From NCBI RefSeq assembly GCF_006345805.1, contig NC_043002.1:82150001-82214000 (forward strand): a stretch of 64,000 bases of DNA, given 5' to 3'. Below, one piece after another: positions 12,925 to 25,355 of the stretch. Each line of letters starts with the position of its first letter. Positions within the stretch are counted from its first letter, which is position 1. The notes below the pieces were generated by a model. That model was not told the origin of the DNA. It saw only the letters and a program-made list of their open reading frames with translations, and searched no databases. Position numbers and translations under genes: made by a program. This stretch comes from Octopus sinensis (lineage: Eukaryota).

Positions 12925-13058
12925 CCATGTCTGTCTCCCAAATCCACTCTCAAAGCTTTGGTTGGCATTGAGCTATAGTAGAGAACACTTACCCAAGGTG
13001 TCACACACTGGGACAGAGACTGAAACCATGTGGTTGAGGAAGCTGATCATGTATGTTT

Positions 13059-13091
<33 letters not shown>

Positions 13092-13240
13092 TACATGATC
13101 AACTTCCAAATTCTACTTGAGACACTGGTTAATCCAACACTATAATAAAAGGCACTCTACACCAGGTGCCACACACCGAGGTTGAACCTGGAACCATGTG
13201 GTTAAGAAGCAGGCATCTTAATCACACACCTATGTTTATG
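12925..13240 (-). mobile_element. Two decayed SINE-A 5' halves
   Basis: CAAATCCACTC...CCCAAGGTG...AACCATGTGGTT motifs occur twice. Confidence 0.65.
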
Positions 13241-14388
13241 CCTGCGATTAATAAGTTAATACGATTTATTATTATTAAAAAGAATAATTGTGATTAAGAA
13301 CTAATGTTTTATGATTTCTTTTATAATATTATTAAATTTTTGTTTCAAGGGTACAAATTTATTATTAAAAAACACTGTGAGCTGCTTTTATCCCTTCATA
13401 TTGTTTCATAGCTGAATCTTTAAATAAATCCATCCAATTTCTCCCCTGGCTTCAAAACCTTCTTGTTACCTGATCTTCCTGTCTTGAATTAGCTAGCCAT
13501 TTTTAATGACCCTTCTATTATGCTGCAAATTTGGACTTTTGCATTGATGCTTGCAGTAGTTTTGTTATATATTTTTCTCCTAATACTCTTATTGTTACCA
13601 GCCACCGTAGAAGAAACCGAAATGTCAGCATCTGGAATTAGCAACAGCTTATTTTCCAAGCAGCATTAGTACTTATCACAGAAAGTTAAAAAAAAAAAAA
13701 AACCCAAAATTCTCACAAATTTGGATTAGATGTTTTTTCTTTTGTAATTTATGTAAGAAGATGCTTTTGTTTTAAATTTGCATTTGCCAAACTATTGTTA
13801 TGTAATATTTGTTTTGTGTAATATTCGAGATTAATTTCTGTTGACTATAAAATAATTCCAAAACTACCTTTAATTTTTTTTTCCTTAATTTTTTTTCTTT
13901 TCTCTTCTTAAGTACCTTTGCAATAATTTTCTTTTCTTTTTTTTATTCTTTTCCTAAAGATACACAATGTGACATTGGTTCACACATGCGTGTGCATCTG
14001 CACACATGCACACTCACACACATACACCACTCAAATACACATGCACATGCTTTATAGTACCCATCCCCCCCATTATACAGTATATGATTCTGACTACTTG
14101 ACATTTAGATGTTACCTTGGTTTCTTAATGTCACCTGTGCTACTACTGAAATGCTTTACAGAGTTTTTATTGTGGATTCTAAGCTTTATGTTCCTCCTAT
14201 AAGATATTGTACTCTACTTTCACTTAATTTGCCATTGTTTCACTTGGCCACCTATTATGTTTTAAATCTTAACATAGAGACATACAGCAGATTTACCAAC
14301 AAAAATACAACAGCTACATTGTGAACAATATATGTGTGTATGTTTGTCATTTTTCTTTTAGCTCTGTAATACAAGTTAAACACTTATT

Positions 14389-14538
<150 letters not shown>

Positions 14539-16201
14539 TCTTTCACATACCCTCTGTTTCGGTCATTTATAGTGTTATCTGTTGTGGTAATATACTTAAA
14601 CACTACACCTCCATTCCGGAGGTGCATGGGCTTTGCCTCTGACCCACTAAAAACAGCTACATGTGTGAATTTTGGTGGGCCAGGGCTTCCCAAACTGCGA
14701 CCAATTCTTTCGGTCCTTTGCTGTGCATAGTTTTCCCACCTTCCAGCTATCAATTACAATGGTTCCGCAGGCAATGTACCCAGGGAAAAAGTTTTTACAT
14801 TTGCTACATACATCAGGTGAATCGCACCCCCTCCCCCCAAAGTGAAGGGACATACTCATAGGTGTGTCCTTTCACATACCACATGCACTGAAATCTCACA
14901 GCTCCCATATGGTTCGCTTCCAAAATGCACTGGAACAGTCCAGATAAAGAACATACTCTGCACTTGGGGAAAAATTACCAGCCCCGTCCAAATTGAACCA
15001 TCCATCTATAATATAAAATAATGAGCTGCTCTCAGTTTCTGTCTACCAAATCCACTCACAAGGATTTGGTCAGCCCAAAGCTATAGTGAAAGACACTCAC
15101 CCAAAGTGCCCCGCAGTAGGATTGAACTGAAGGTCATATACAGTCACGCTTGCACCTATAACTTGATTCTATTTATTTATTTATTCATTGGTGCTAGCTT
15201 TATAAGTAGAAACGCATTTCCAAAATCAGAACATTTCTCCTAGTATCAGTTCTTTATTATTGATAGAATTCAGGATTGAATATTATCCCAGTGATTTTTG
15301 TTGTTGTTACTGCTACCGCTGCTGGTGTTGTCGTTGTTCATTATGAAACATTTCTCGATAGCTATACTGGGATAAGTATTCTCACTAGTGGTGTGCTGCG
15401 AAACACTTATTGACTGACTGACTGCTGATGTGAAAAAATAAAAATAAAATAAAGGACACTAAAATTGTTCTCATTCTGCTCCAAGTGAGATTATTATCAT
15501 TGATTGGGAATCATCATGGAAACAATAATGCTATATCAGCTTCATGAATTGAATTAAATAATCAAATTGCTGCCCACATTGTGCATATCTGTGCCTCCAC
15601 GCAGACAGGGGAATTTTCATTTCATACATATACATACATACATGTGTATGTATACACACACATGCATATATCTATCTGTATGTATTAGTAGTCGATAGAT
15701 TCCAGAACTACAGTTTCAATTCCACTTGGCTACTACAGTTTCATTCAGGTCTATACTGCATTATTTAAGCTGTCTGTGAGATAAGACATTCAGTAACATT
15801 TAATGATTCTGCCCATTCAAATCTTTTCTCTATTCAATTCTGTTGTGAATTCTCTAGCAAAACCGAAGACAACTTTGGTTCTACTATCAACAATAGAGCT
15901 TTGAATTCTAATTAAATTATGTTCATTGTTGGCTGAATCACAGCATTTAGATAGACAATCCTCTGCCATATATGAAAAATACTATCAATAGTTTCACCTT
16001 GCTGCTAACCTCTTCAGTAGAGGTTGGTCTAAGACTAAATATAAAGATTAAAAGAACAACAGTTCAAAGAATGGTACAAAAGTTGAATTGCTTTTATATG
16101 ATATATTTTACTATTGTCAATTAATTGTGTTTTTACATATAAGAGAAAAATCTTAAGACCTGTTTTAATATTATATTTTCACCAAACTGTTGTTGTCATT
16201 G

Positions 16202-16242
<41 letters not shown>

Positions 16243-16279
16243 GTGTCAATTATAATTAATATTGTGGTGGATTGGTAAA

Positions 16280-16490
16280 ATCATCAGAGCATTGGAAAAA
16301 TTGTCTTGCAGCGTTTTATTCATTATTTGTTCTGGCACTTTACATTTTGAATTCAGATGTAATGAGATCAACTTCACCTTTCATACCTCCGTCATTGATA
16401 AGATAAATAACCAGTCCAGTACTGTTATTGATATAATTGATTAACCCTCTTCTCTCTGAAAATTACTGGCCTTTTGCCTAAATTAGAATC
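16280..16490 (+). mobile_element. SINE family B, diverged
   Basis: CAACTTCACCTTTCATACC, GATAAGATAAATAACCAG and TTACTGGCCTTTTGCC match family B. Confidence 0.65.
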
Positions 16491-18175
16491 AGCTGCTAAA
16501 AGAAGTAGAATTGAAAGTGGGTTAATGTTATGGAAGAATCCTGAACACCCCCACGAGACTGAAGGTGCACTAACCGATTAGAGTAAATAAGAGTTGAGTG
16601 AACTGTCAATGGGGGTAGTTGATGGTGTTTGTTCAACCGTGTTGGTTTAACACTCGGTAGCAGAACAGTGAATACTGAGTATCATACCTACGTTCAAGTA
16701 GTAGAGAGTACATTCTTTGTTAACATATATTTCTTTGATAGGTTACTTTTAGATAACCACTACCAACTATTTATTTGTGTAATACCATTTTACACTAGAC
16801 ATGTATACCCACATCATAACAAGCTAACAATTGATAAGAGCTTTGGACAAAATACTTTGTTGTTTAATTTACACCCTGTTACATTCTGAGTTGAAATCCT
16901 ACCAGCACCGAGTATGCTTTTCATCTTTGTCAGATGGAGAATGGGGGAATAAAATGAGTACCAACCAAACACTAGGGTTTCCAATAAATAGAATCGGTTA
17001 TACCTTCTCCAAAAATCTGTAGTTTTGTGCATCTGTTAAAATTATTGTTATTAAGTAGTAATCCTCCTGGAGTTTATTTTGTTTCATTCTCTTTAGTTTT
17101 GAAAAAAATAAGTACCAGTTATGTGCTGGTATCAGTTCAAGTGCCTTTATTAATATTTCCTCATCCATGTGTCTTTGCATGAATATAAGAAATCCCTTTC
17201 TGTTTTTTAAGTATTATCAACAGCTGTAGTTGTTGTTGTTTCTTCAAGCTTGTGCTGTCTTCTTTATCTATATACAATATTTAGTATATCTCAATTATTC
17301 TCTCTAAGTATGTATGTGTATATGTCTATGCTTATGTCTTGTAGTCCCATCTATGTCTTATACACAAAAGTATACACACAATCCTTGTCCTCTAATCTTC
17401 AGTAGGTCTGCATGAACAAAGTACAAGACAATAACTGCCGGTATCATAAAATTCCTGCTTTGAAGCACCATGACTTTCTAGCTCATAGCAATTATTACAT
17501 TTTTGGCGTTATACAATGTAGATAATTCTGAAATTGTTTTAAATTTTAAACTTCAAGACACAGGCATAGCCATGAAGTTGAGAATTTCCACTTTGCAAGC
17601 ATCTGTCTTCTGTTTGTAAGCTTGGGTTGTCTAGTACCTTGTGAAGTGAATTTAATGGATGGAAACTGTGCGGAACCTCTTTATGCATGTTCTTGTGTAT
17701 ATGCCTCTGTATCTATGTGTGTGTGTGTGCATGTCCTTGTTTACTGGTGTAAACCAGTGTGTGGAGTCATATCCTATTTTATCAAAAACATGACTTAGTC
17801 ATCCAATAAATACAAATCAATAAAATAAGAACCGTTTGGAAATCAATAGTGGGGTCGATATGGTTGACCATAAACCTTGAAGGCCATACTCTAGAATAGT
17901 CACAGACCAATGAGCGAAAAACATTAAATAAAAAAAGAAAAAAAGAGGAAAAATATTTCCTTTGGTTGGGAGGGGCTAGCATCTTATTGAAGTAAAAAAA
18001 AAAAAAATTTTGATTAACACAACAGAAATTCGAGAAAGGCATTGATGCAATGAGTCACAGAAATTAGGAGGGCTAGTTCTTCTGAAAAGTCTTTAAACAT
18101 TTCAGAATGGCTCTTGTAATGTTCCAGTTGAAGATATTGTTAGTTTATTGAGCATATTGTTGAGGCAGGTCTGTT

Positions 18176-18401
18176 ATTTACTCTTTTACTTGTTTCAGTC
18201 ATTTGACTGTGGCCATGCTGGAGCACCACCTTTAGTCAAACAAATCGACCCCGGGACTTATTCTTTGTAAGCCTAGTACCTATTCTATTGGTCTCTTTTG
18301 CCGAACCGCTAAGTTACGGGGACATAAAGACATCAGCATTAGTTGTCAAGTGATGTTGGGAGGACAAACACAGACACACAAACATATACACACATGTACA
18401 T

Positions 18402-18444
<43 letters not shown>

Positions 18445-18608
18445 CGACGGGCTTCTTTCAGTTTCTGTCTACCAAATCCAGTCACAAGGCTTTGGTCGGC
18501 CCGAGGCTATAGTAGAAGACACTTGTCCAAGGTGCCACGCAGTGGGACTGAACTCAGAACCATGTGGTTCGTAAGCAAGCTACTTACCACACAGCCAGTT
18601 CTGTGCCT
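18176..18608 (-). mobile_element. SINE family A, full length
   Basis: Reverse complement of the family A consensus including the internal (TA)n. Confidence 0.9.
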
Positions 18609-18678
18609 GTGTATTGTAGTTGTTGTTTAGTTCTTGGTCAAAGATATTCCACATTTATGTTGATTTTTTCCTTTTTAA

Positions 18679-18902
18679 CCCTTTCGATACCAACCCAGCT
18701 GAAACCACCTCTGGCTCTGTAGTACAAATGTCTTGTTTTCATAAGTTTTGAATTAATATCTTCCACCAAACCTTAGTCACACAATTTATGTTCCTAACAC
18801 TAGCTTAATGGTAACTAAGTTATTTTACTAAATTCTTTGTTATATTAAAAATTAATTGAAAGAAACATAGAGCATCTCAAAATAAATACGGTAAGGAAAG
18901 AG
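18679..18902 (+). mobile_element. piggyBac-like MITE family C
   Basis: TTAA|CCCTTTCGATACC ... GGTAAGGAAAGAG|TTAA. Interior near-identical to 50769-50983. Confidence 0.9.
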
Positions 18903-19594
18903 TTAAAAGTGTGAATTGAGGGTGATTTGGGCTACTGTTTCCTGCAAGTCATACAATTACAATATAGACTCCCTTGTTGCCTCCAGTACTGTTTTTGAGG
19001 AAGAGTGAAGCATTAGTGAGTTAGATTTTCTTGAACACACACATTGTTCAAACGGATAAAAAAGAAGGGATGGTCACTGCTGGAATTCCTTTGATTATAG
19101 ATCTGCTTGATTGGAGCTGAGTCATTCTATCTTTACTGTGTACCTTAATGGTATCATTTTTAAAGACATTTGATTGCTACATTGGGCATGTTGAGTGATG
19201 TTACAGAGAGGATGGTTCAAATGAGATAGGCATTCTGTCTACATTAGTTATTTGAGTGATGACAACCTAAAGATCTCTATAGAGTGTACTACTCCTTCAA
19301 CAAGCTAGATAGGCTCATCCTCTTTTGATATACCGATTAAATATTTACAAAAAAAAAAAGTGAGAGAAACAAAAAAAAAAACGAAAATCCTCCTCTCCCT
19401 CAGCTTACCAATTATAACACAGAGCAACTGTTGCATTTGTGCGGCATCAAGTTCTCTATTGTGAAATCTAGCAGGCTTTATTATCCTGTATGCCTGTTTA
19501 TGTGACTAAGGGACATCACTCTGGACGGGCAAAATTTTCCTCTCTGATCTGAGAATTCTTTTTACAGATCATCTCCCAGCAACACCACCACCAC

Positions 19595-19632
<38 letters not shown>

Positions 19633-21614
19633 TTTCTCCCTCTCTCCACAGCAATCTTGCTATGACCACTCACTATCTCTTGACTCAAGAGAGAAGGGGG
19701 TGAATGGTGTAGAAAGAGGAAGAGAGAATACTCAATTATAATTAATATTTCGTTGTAAAAAGAGAATGGGGTTGGTGAGGGGTCGGCACGTTGGAGGGGT
19801 CGTCAGTACAGCATGTTTTGTGGAGGTGGGCCATGGATGGGCGGGGGGATCGGAGGGTAACGGTAATTCAATCTTTCTTTCCAGTAGCTTGATCATAGTA
19901 CAGCCGCTCTCATAGCAGCAGGGTAGTGAGATGGTGGTGATGATGATGGCAGTGAAAGGGGGCTGGCTGTGGTAATAGCTGTGGTTGCAGTAGTAGACCT
20001 AGTCATGGCGCTCTTACCACTGATTTAGTCTTGCTCTGCTAGATCAATGACATCAAAGCCGGCTAATGCATCAATCTTTGATTTTACACTTGTGCATTCT
20101 TTCAGATCCTACACTCTGTATCACCAGCAACATTGGCCTGTCTTATGAAATGAATTTTAAAATGAGAATTTCAAGGAATGTTCTCTGTGTGTGTGTGCAT
20201 ATTGGTGTGTGTGTGTGTGTGTATGTGTATGCATATGTGCATGAGTGTATCGATGTCTGTGTGTGCACATGTGTAATAAATGGTTGAATTAAATTGCTAG
20301 TTGTTTTCTTGAAGTTGATAGATTGGTGTTTTTATGGGCCCGAGTATTTGTGTAGCGCGCATGTGCATGCATGCCTGTGTGTGTGTACGTGCGTGCGCGT
20401 GCGTATGTGTGTGTGCGCGTTAGAATGAGGGTGAGAGAGTGCCTGCATGTACACATATTTGGGTGATCTTTCTTCATTGTACCTATCACCTAGGTCTCTC
20501 TTTCATGATGAAAACAGCATTCAGTCATCTCTCTTGATTCCCTTTCATGCACAAGTGCACACACTTACACGCGCACGCGCAGAGATATATATATATATCT
20601 ACATGAGTTTGGCGGTGTGCATTGTGTATACGTATGCATTACATGTGTGAGAAAGTGAAAGAGACAGAGAGAGTGTGTGTGCGTGTGTGCAGGGGTAATA
20701 TGAGAGCATACAACGGATGGAGAGAAAGAGAAAGCGAGAGAGAGAGAGACAGACAGTCATAAAGACATGAAACAAACACACTTGCGCACGCACGCACACA
20801 CACACACACACACACGCACAAAACTTGTGTTCTGGATGCAGAAGAGGTGGAAACCTTCCCCCTCTCCCCCTCCATTTATCACTGAGCTAAGATGAAAGCA
20901 AACATCAAAGACAAGATGAAAGGACTCTGGGCCTGGCTGGGTAATTCTTAATAATGACTTTGTAGGTTATAAAGACCATCCAGGGGGACTCAGCCAGGAG
21001 CAGAAGAAATTAGGATTATTATATCAGTTGTCAGAATAGTTAAACAGGTCTTGGGGGAGGGGGGAAGAGGAGAGAAGGCATATATAGATAAGTGAGGTGT
21101 AAGATGCCTTTGTGTGTGTATGTGTGTTTACGTGGTGGGACTGTGCGTTTGTGTATGTATACCACCTATGTGAAATTGCTGGCTTATAGCTAGCAATGTC
21201 GGGTTGCTATGTTTCATGATAGTGATGATAGTAGCATTAGTATAATATTTGATTGTTTTTTTATATATACATATATATATATATCTGTGTGTGCGCATTC
21301 GTATGTATGTATATATGGGAACATTTATATGGGTATGTGTATACACAAATACATACGCACCGACATACACACACACACACTTAAACAGCCTTATAGATAT
21401 ATATTCATTGAAGTGAATATTTATTTCATCTTCAAACTGTTCTGCCATTATTGCCCAGTTTTCGCACCAACTTCTTCTTCTAAAGGGAAAAAGAAATATT
21501 CCTTCTCTTTCTCTCTCTCTTTCTCTCTACCTACCTATCTGTCTGTCTATCTCTATCTCGTTTCTATATACCTCTCCTCTTCAATGTAACGATATATGTA
21601 TGTTATTGTTGTTG

Positions 21615-21815
21615 TTTAATCTCAAGTCAGTTCTGATCAAGCAGACCCATAATCAAAGACATTCTTGCTGTGACCATCCCATCTTTTCAGGAATTATTCT
21701 ATTCTAGTTACTCCAATATCCAATGTGTCCTTCCATTTTTCTAAAATGATGGGATGTGAATCTGAGAGAGATTTAGCTACTATTTCTAACAGGTTCAGCA
21801 ACAGCATGAAGATCT
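21615..21815 (+). mobile_element. Dispersed repeat family F
   Basis: GATCAAGCAGACCCATAATCAAAGACATTC...GACCATCCCATCTTTT...GATTTAGCTACTATTTCT. Related copies near 8425, 18625-18980 (split by a MITE), and reversed near 19040, 54455 and 63715. Confidence 0.6.
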
Positions 21816-22749
21816 CTTTATGTTTGTAGGGGAAAAAAATAAACAAAATGGTGATCTATTTGTAACTTCCTCCTTTTTACCATTTCTCAAGTTTATTCCA
21901 TACTTGTCTCTGGGTTTCAAGCTTTTGCTATTATTCCTTCTAAGTAGTGACATTGGAAACCATCTATATTCCTAGATTCACTTCAGAATTGAACTCATAT
22001 CCCTCAGCTTACTTATGCTCTCTCTCATCTCTGTCTGTCTCTCTTCACGACAGCCCTTATCTCCTCACTACAGCCCTTCACTTTAACATTTCTAACCTCA
22101 CTCATTCCCTATATAACTCTCTCCTCTCCCTCACATTTTCTTTCATATTCTTGCTTCATTCTCTCGATCTCCCTCTCACTCTAACCTTCCTCCCTCCCTT
22201 CTTACTCTCCATCACCTCCTTCTTGCTTTCTTCTCATTCTCCATCAATGTCTTCTTGACATTCACTGTCTCATTGTCTAGTTTTTTTGTTTTTTTAACAC
22301 TTCTGTCTCTGTTCTCCAGCCTCCCCTCTGCTCTCTTGGTTCTTTTCTTCTTGTTTCATCTTCCTCCTCCTCTCTTTCTTTTTATCTCTCTGTCTCAACA
22401 TCTTCTCTCTACTCTTTCCTATCCTCCTCTCTGTTCATCTCTACACTCCTGTCTCCATGTTAAGGTTCAGCAGTTACATGTTTGTACAATTTCGCACCTT
22501 TACAATAGGAAACGAACCATCCAAATTATGTTGCAGCACCGCCTGATGACAGTCTCACCTTGTCTTGCTGTTAAGATTCTAATTTCTCTCTCCCTCCCTG
22601 CTCCCTCCAGCCCCCCCCTCTCTCCAGCTATCTGTTTATTAGGGAGAGATCTATCTGTCTCTCCCTAATAAACTTTTGGTTCTTTAAAAGGTCATGTAGG
22701 AAGCTTTGAGATAGTGAATGTTTGTTATACACCTCCATTTATAACAACG

Positions 22750-22789
<40 letters not shown>

Positions 22790-23333
22790 TATAACTAGGG
22801 GTCATCTTACCTTACTTAAAATAAATACCACTTCCAAATGGGGTTAAGTACTGAATTAAAGCCTTCAGGTGATTTTTTAAAATATATATATATATATAGT
22901 GTATATTTTCTTTCATGTTTATTTAAATTTCCTTTCGTTGTTGAGTTTTTGATATTGATAATTAGGTAATTAGTATAACGCCCTACTATTTAACATCTGT
23001 AAATTTTTCTATATCAGCCTGCTTGCGACGACACCTAGTTGTATGAAATAAACTTCTTGTTTTAAGTTGATTTAAATTAAAACCTTCCATAAAAATTTCA
23101 TGTTAATTTATGTTTCAAACATCAGCTTAATATTGACAGCTATTTTTACTAAATTCTTCATTATTTTCAAAATGAATTGGAACAATAGCTGTCTCAGTTA
23201 AACTAACATTTTAAGTTTGTTTCATATTGTTTTTCAGAACTAATTCCAATAGCTTGTGTTGTCTGAATTTGTCTAATTCTCAAGGAACCTCCATCAGTTA
23301 GACTTGACCATATGAGTATGCATAAATGTACTT

Positions 23334-23367
<34 letters not shown>

Positions 23368-23930
23368 TAAGTAAGTTTAGCAGTTGTCCATACATACCAG
23401 CCTCTCCTTTCCATGGCACCAATCTTGTCTAAGGAAAAGGTTACCCCATCAGGGCCAAAACAGCATGCCCTCAGTATTGTTACAGATGTTGCTGTTAAAA
23501 TTCAAAAAAGAAGGGAAAAAAACATACTTTAAATATGTCATTCACCATTTTGAATTGGTACTCTTTTATCAGGCCCTGAAAGTTTTTCAAAAGGATGAAA
23601 AGCAAAATTGACCTTGGCTGGATTTGAACCTAGAGTGCACAAAGCTAGAACAAATATCACAAGCCACTGTGCCCAACAAAACAATTCACCCCTTGTTTAA
23701 AACTCTATAATCTGTATTTTAAAACTATATAGGTGTTTCATAATAGGAACTTTACTCTTCGATATTAATATACCCCTTAATTTTATTTGTATGTGAGTGA
23801 ATTAGATTAGTATAAATTTCTTGACTGGAAGTATTCCTATATATTTTGTTTCCTTTGACCCCCATTTTTTTTATTTACCAGCTTGCCTGAAACTATCCCT
23901 TGGTTCTATGATACAAACATCTGGCTTTAA

Positions 23931-24146
23931 TCTTTTAACATTCAGATTTCTCTGTCAAATGTAATGCTTATCTATTCACATTGATATGAATTAGTCATAC
24001 ATTACCTTGTAGCTTTTATATTTCAATGATATGATTGCTTATTTATAGAATAATATTGTAGGGTAAGTGTGAGAAGCCAGATCTGTGCAGTTTGAACATA
24101 AAACAGATTATTTTAGCTGGTTATGGCTGCTTTACATGCTAAAGAG
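23931..24146 (+). mobile_element. piggyBac-like MITE family G, nested in a family C2 MITE
   Basis: TTAA|TCTTTTAACATTCAGA ... ACATGCTAAAGAG|TTGA. Interior matches 59170-59390 and 55798-56013. Confidence 0.75.
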
Positions 24147-25314
24147 TTGAAGTCAAGTCAAGTCATGGTCAATTAAAACTTTCCATCAAAATTTCATATT
24201 AATTTATATTTATTAATGACAAAATTATTTTATTAACCACTTCATTGTTTTTTTAAATTAACCAAAACAAAAGCAGTGTAATTCAACAAATAGTGTTGAA
24301 TAAAAGTTTGAACTGATTTTCACGTAATTTCTTGTTTGTGTGAACCCACGTATCTTTTAAATCTTTTGAAATCCTTGGTAATTAGAGTTCTATTGTTGAC
24401 CGCTGTTATCTAACAGTCGAAAAACAGGTGGAACAATCAACCTGTGAATTCTACAGAATGATAGTAATTACTATCATTCATTAAAGGCTTTTTATCTGGG
24501 TTTACTTTTCCCTTCTATCCTACTTCAGGTATTTTCACCTGAATTAAGTAATCAGGCAAAACTCATCAGATCGTTGTTGTAAAAAGAGAATATATATTGT
24601 CAATTCTGTTTCTATGAACGCCTCCTAAGCGTTGGTGGACTTACATTTTAGGGTGTTTCTTTGAAATAAAGCAGAGAAAAAGAAATAGCTATGTAGAAAG
24701 AAAACAACAAACAAAAGAACTATTTGTTTATATAAGTTAAGCCTTAATTAGCTCCTTGTGTTAATGTCTAAACTTCATCATTCAACACGATTGCTCTTAC
24801 TTTTCTTTCATCCCACTTTAAACGTGTGTGTTTGTTTTCATTTTTGTTCCTCTGTCCTCTCCCTCTCTCTTATTTTGGCAATGGAAGTTTCAGAATTGCT
24901 AGATTCATGGATGAGAGAGAATGGTGTTGATGTTGGCATTGCTGGTGGTGATGGTGACACTACTGATGGTGCTGCCGGGAGGGTTGGGGTTGTTTTTTGG
25001 TGGACAATGAAGAACCTGTCAGGAATATCTGTCAATAAACTTCTACTTGGTCATTATTTCCAGAATAATTCCTCTCCTGTTTAGAGCTTATTTTTTGTAA
25101 AGTCTCTCTCTCTCTTTTTTCTGGTTTTCTGTCTACTTTTTAATATAGCAATCTATTTAGTGTTGACTTTGGAATCAATTTTTCAGTTGTGTATATTCAT
25201 AGTGTAGAGTTTTATATCTATTTTACATGTTTCTTTTTTTTGTTTGTTTGTTGTTTTTTTTTTTGCTTTTTATTGCTGTTGATGCTGCTTTCATCATCAT
25301 CAACATTATTATTA

Positions 25315-25355
<41 letters not shown>

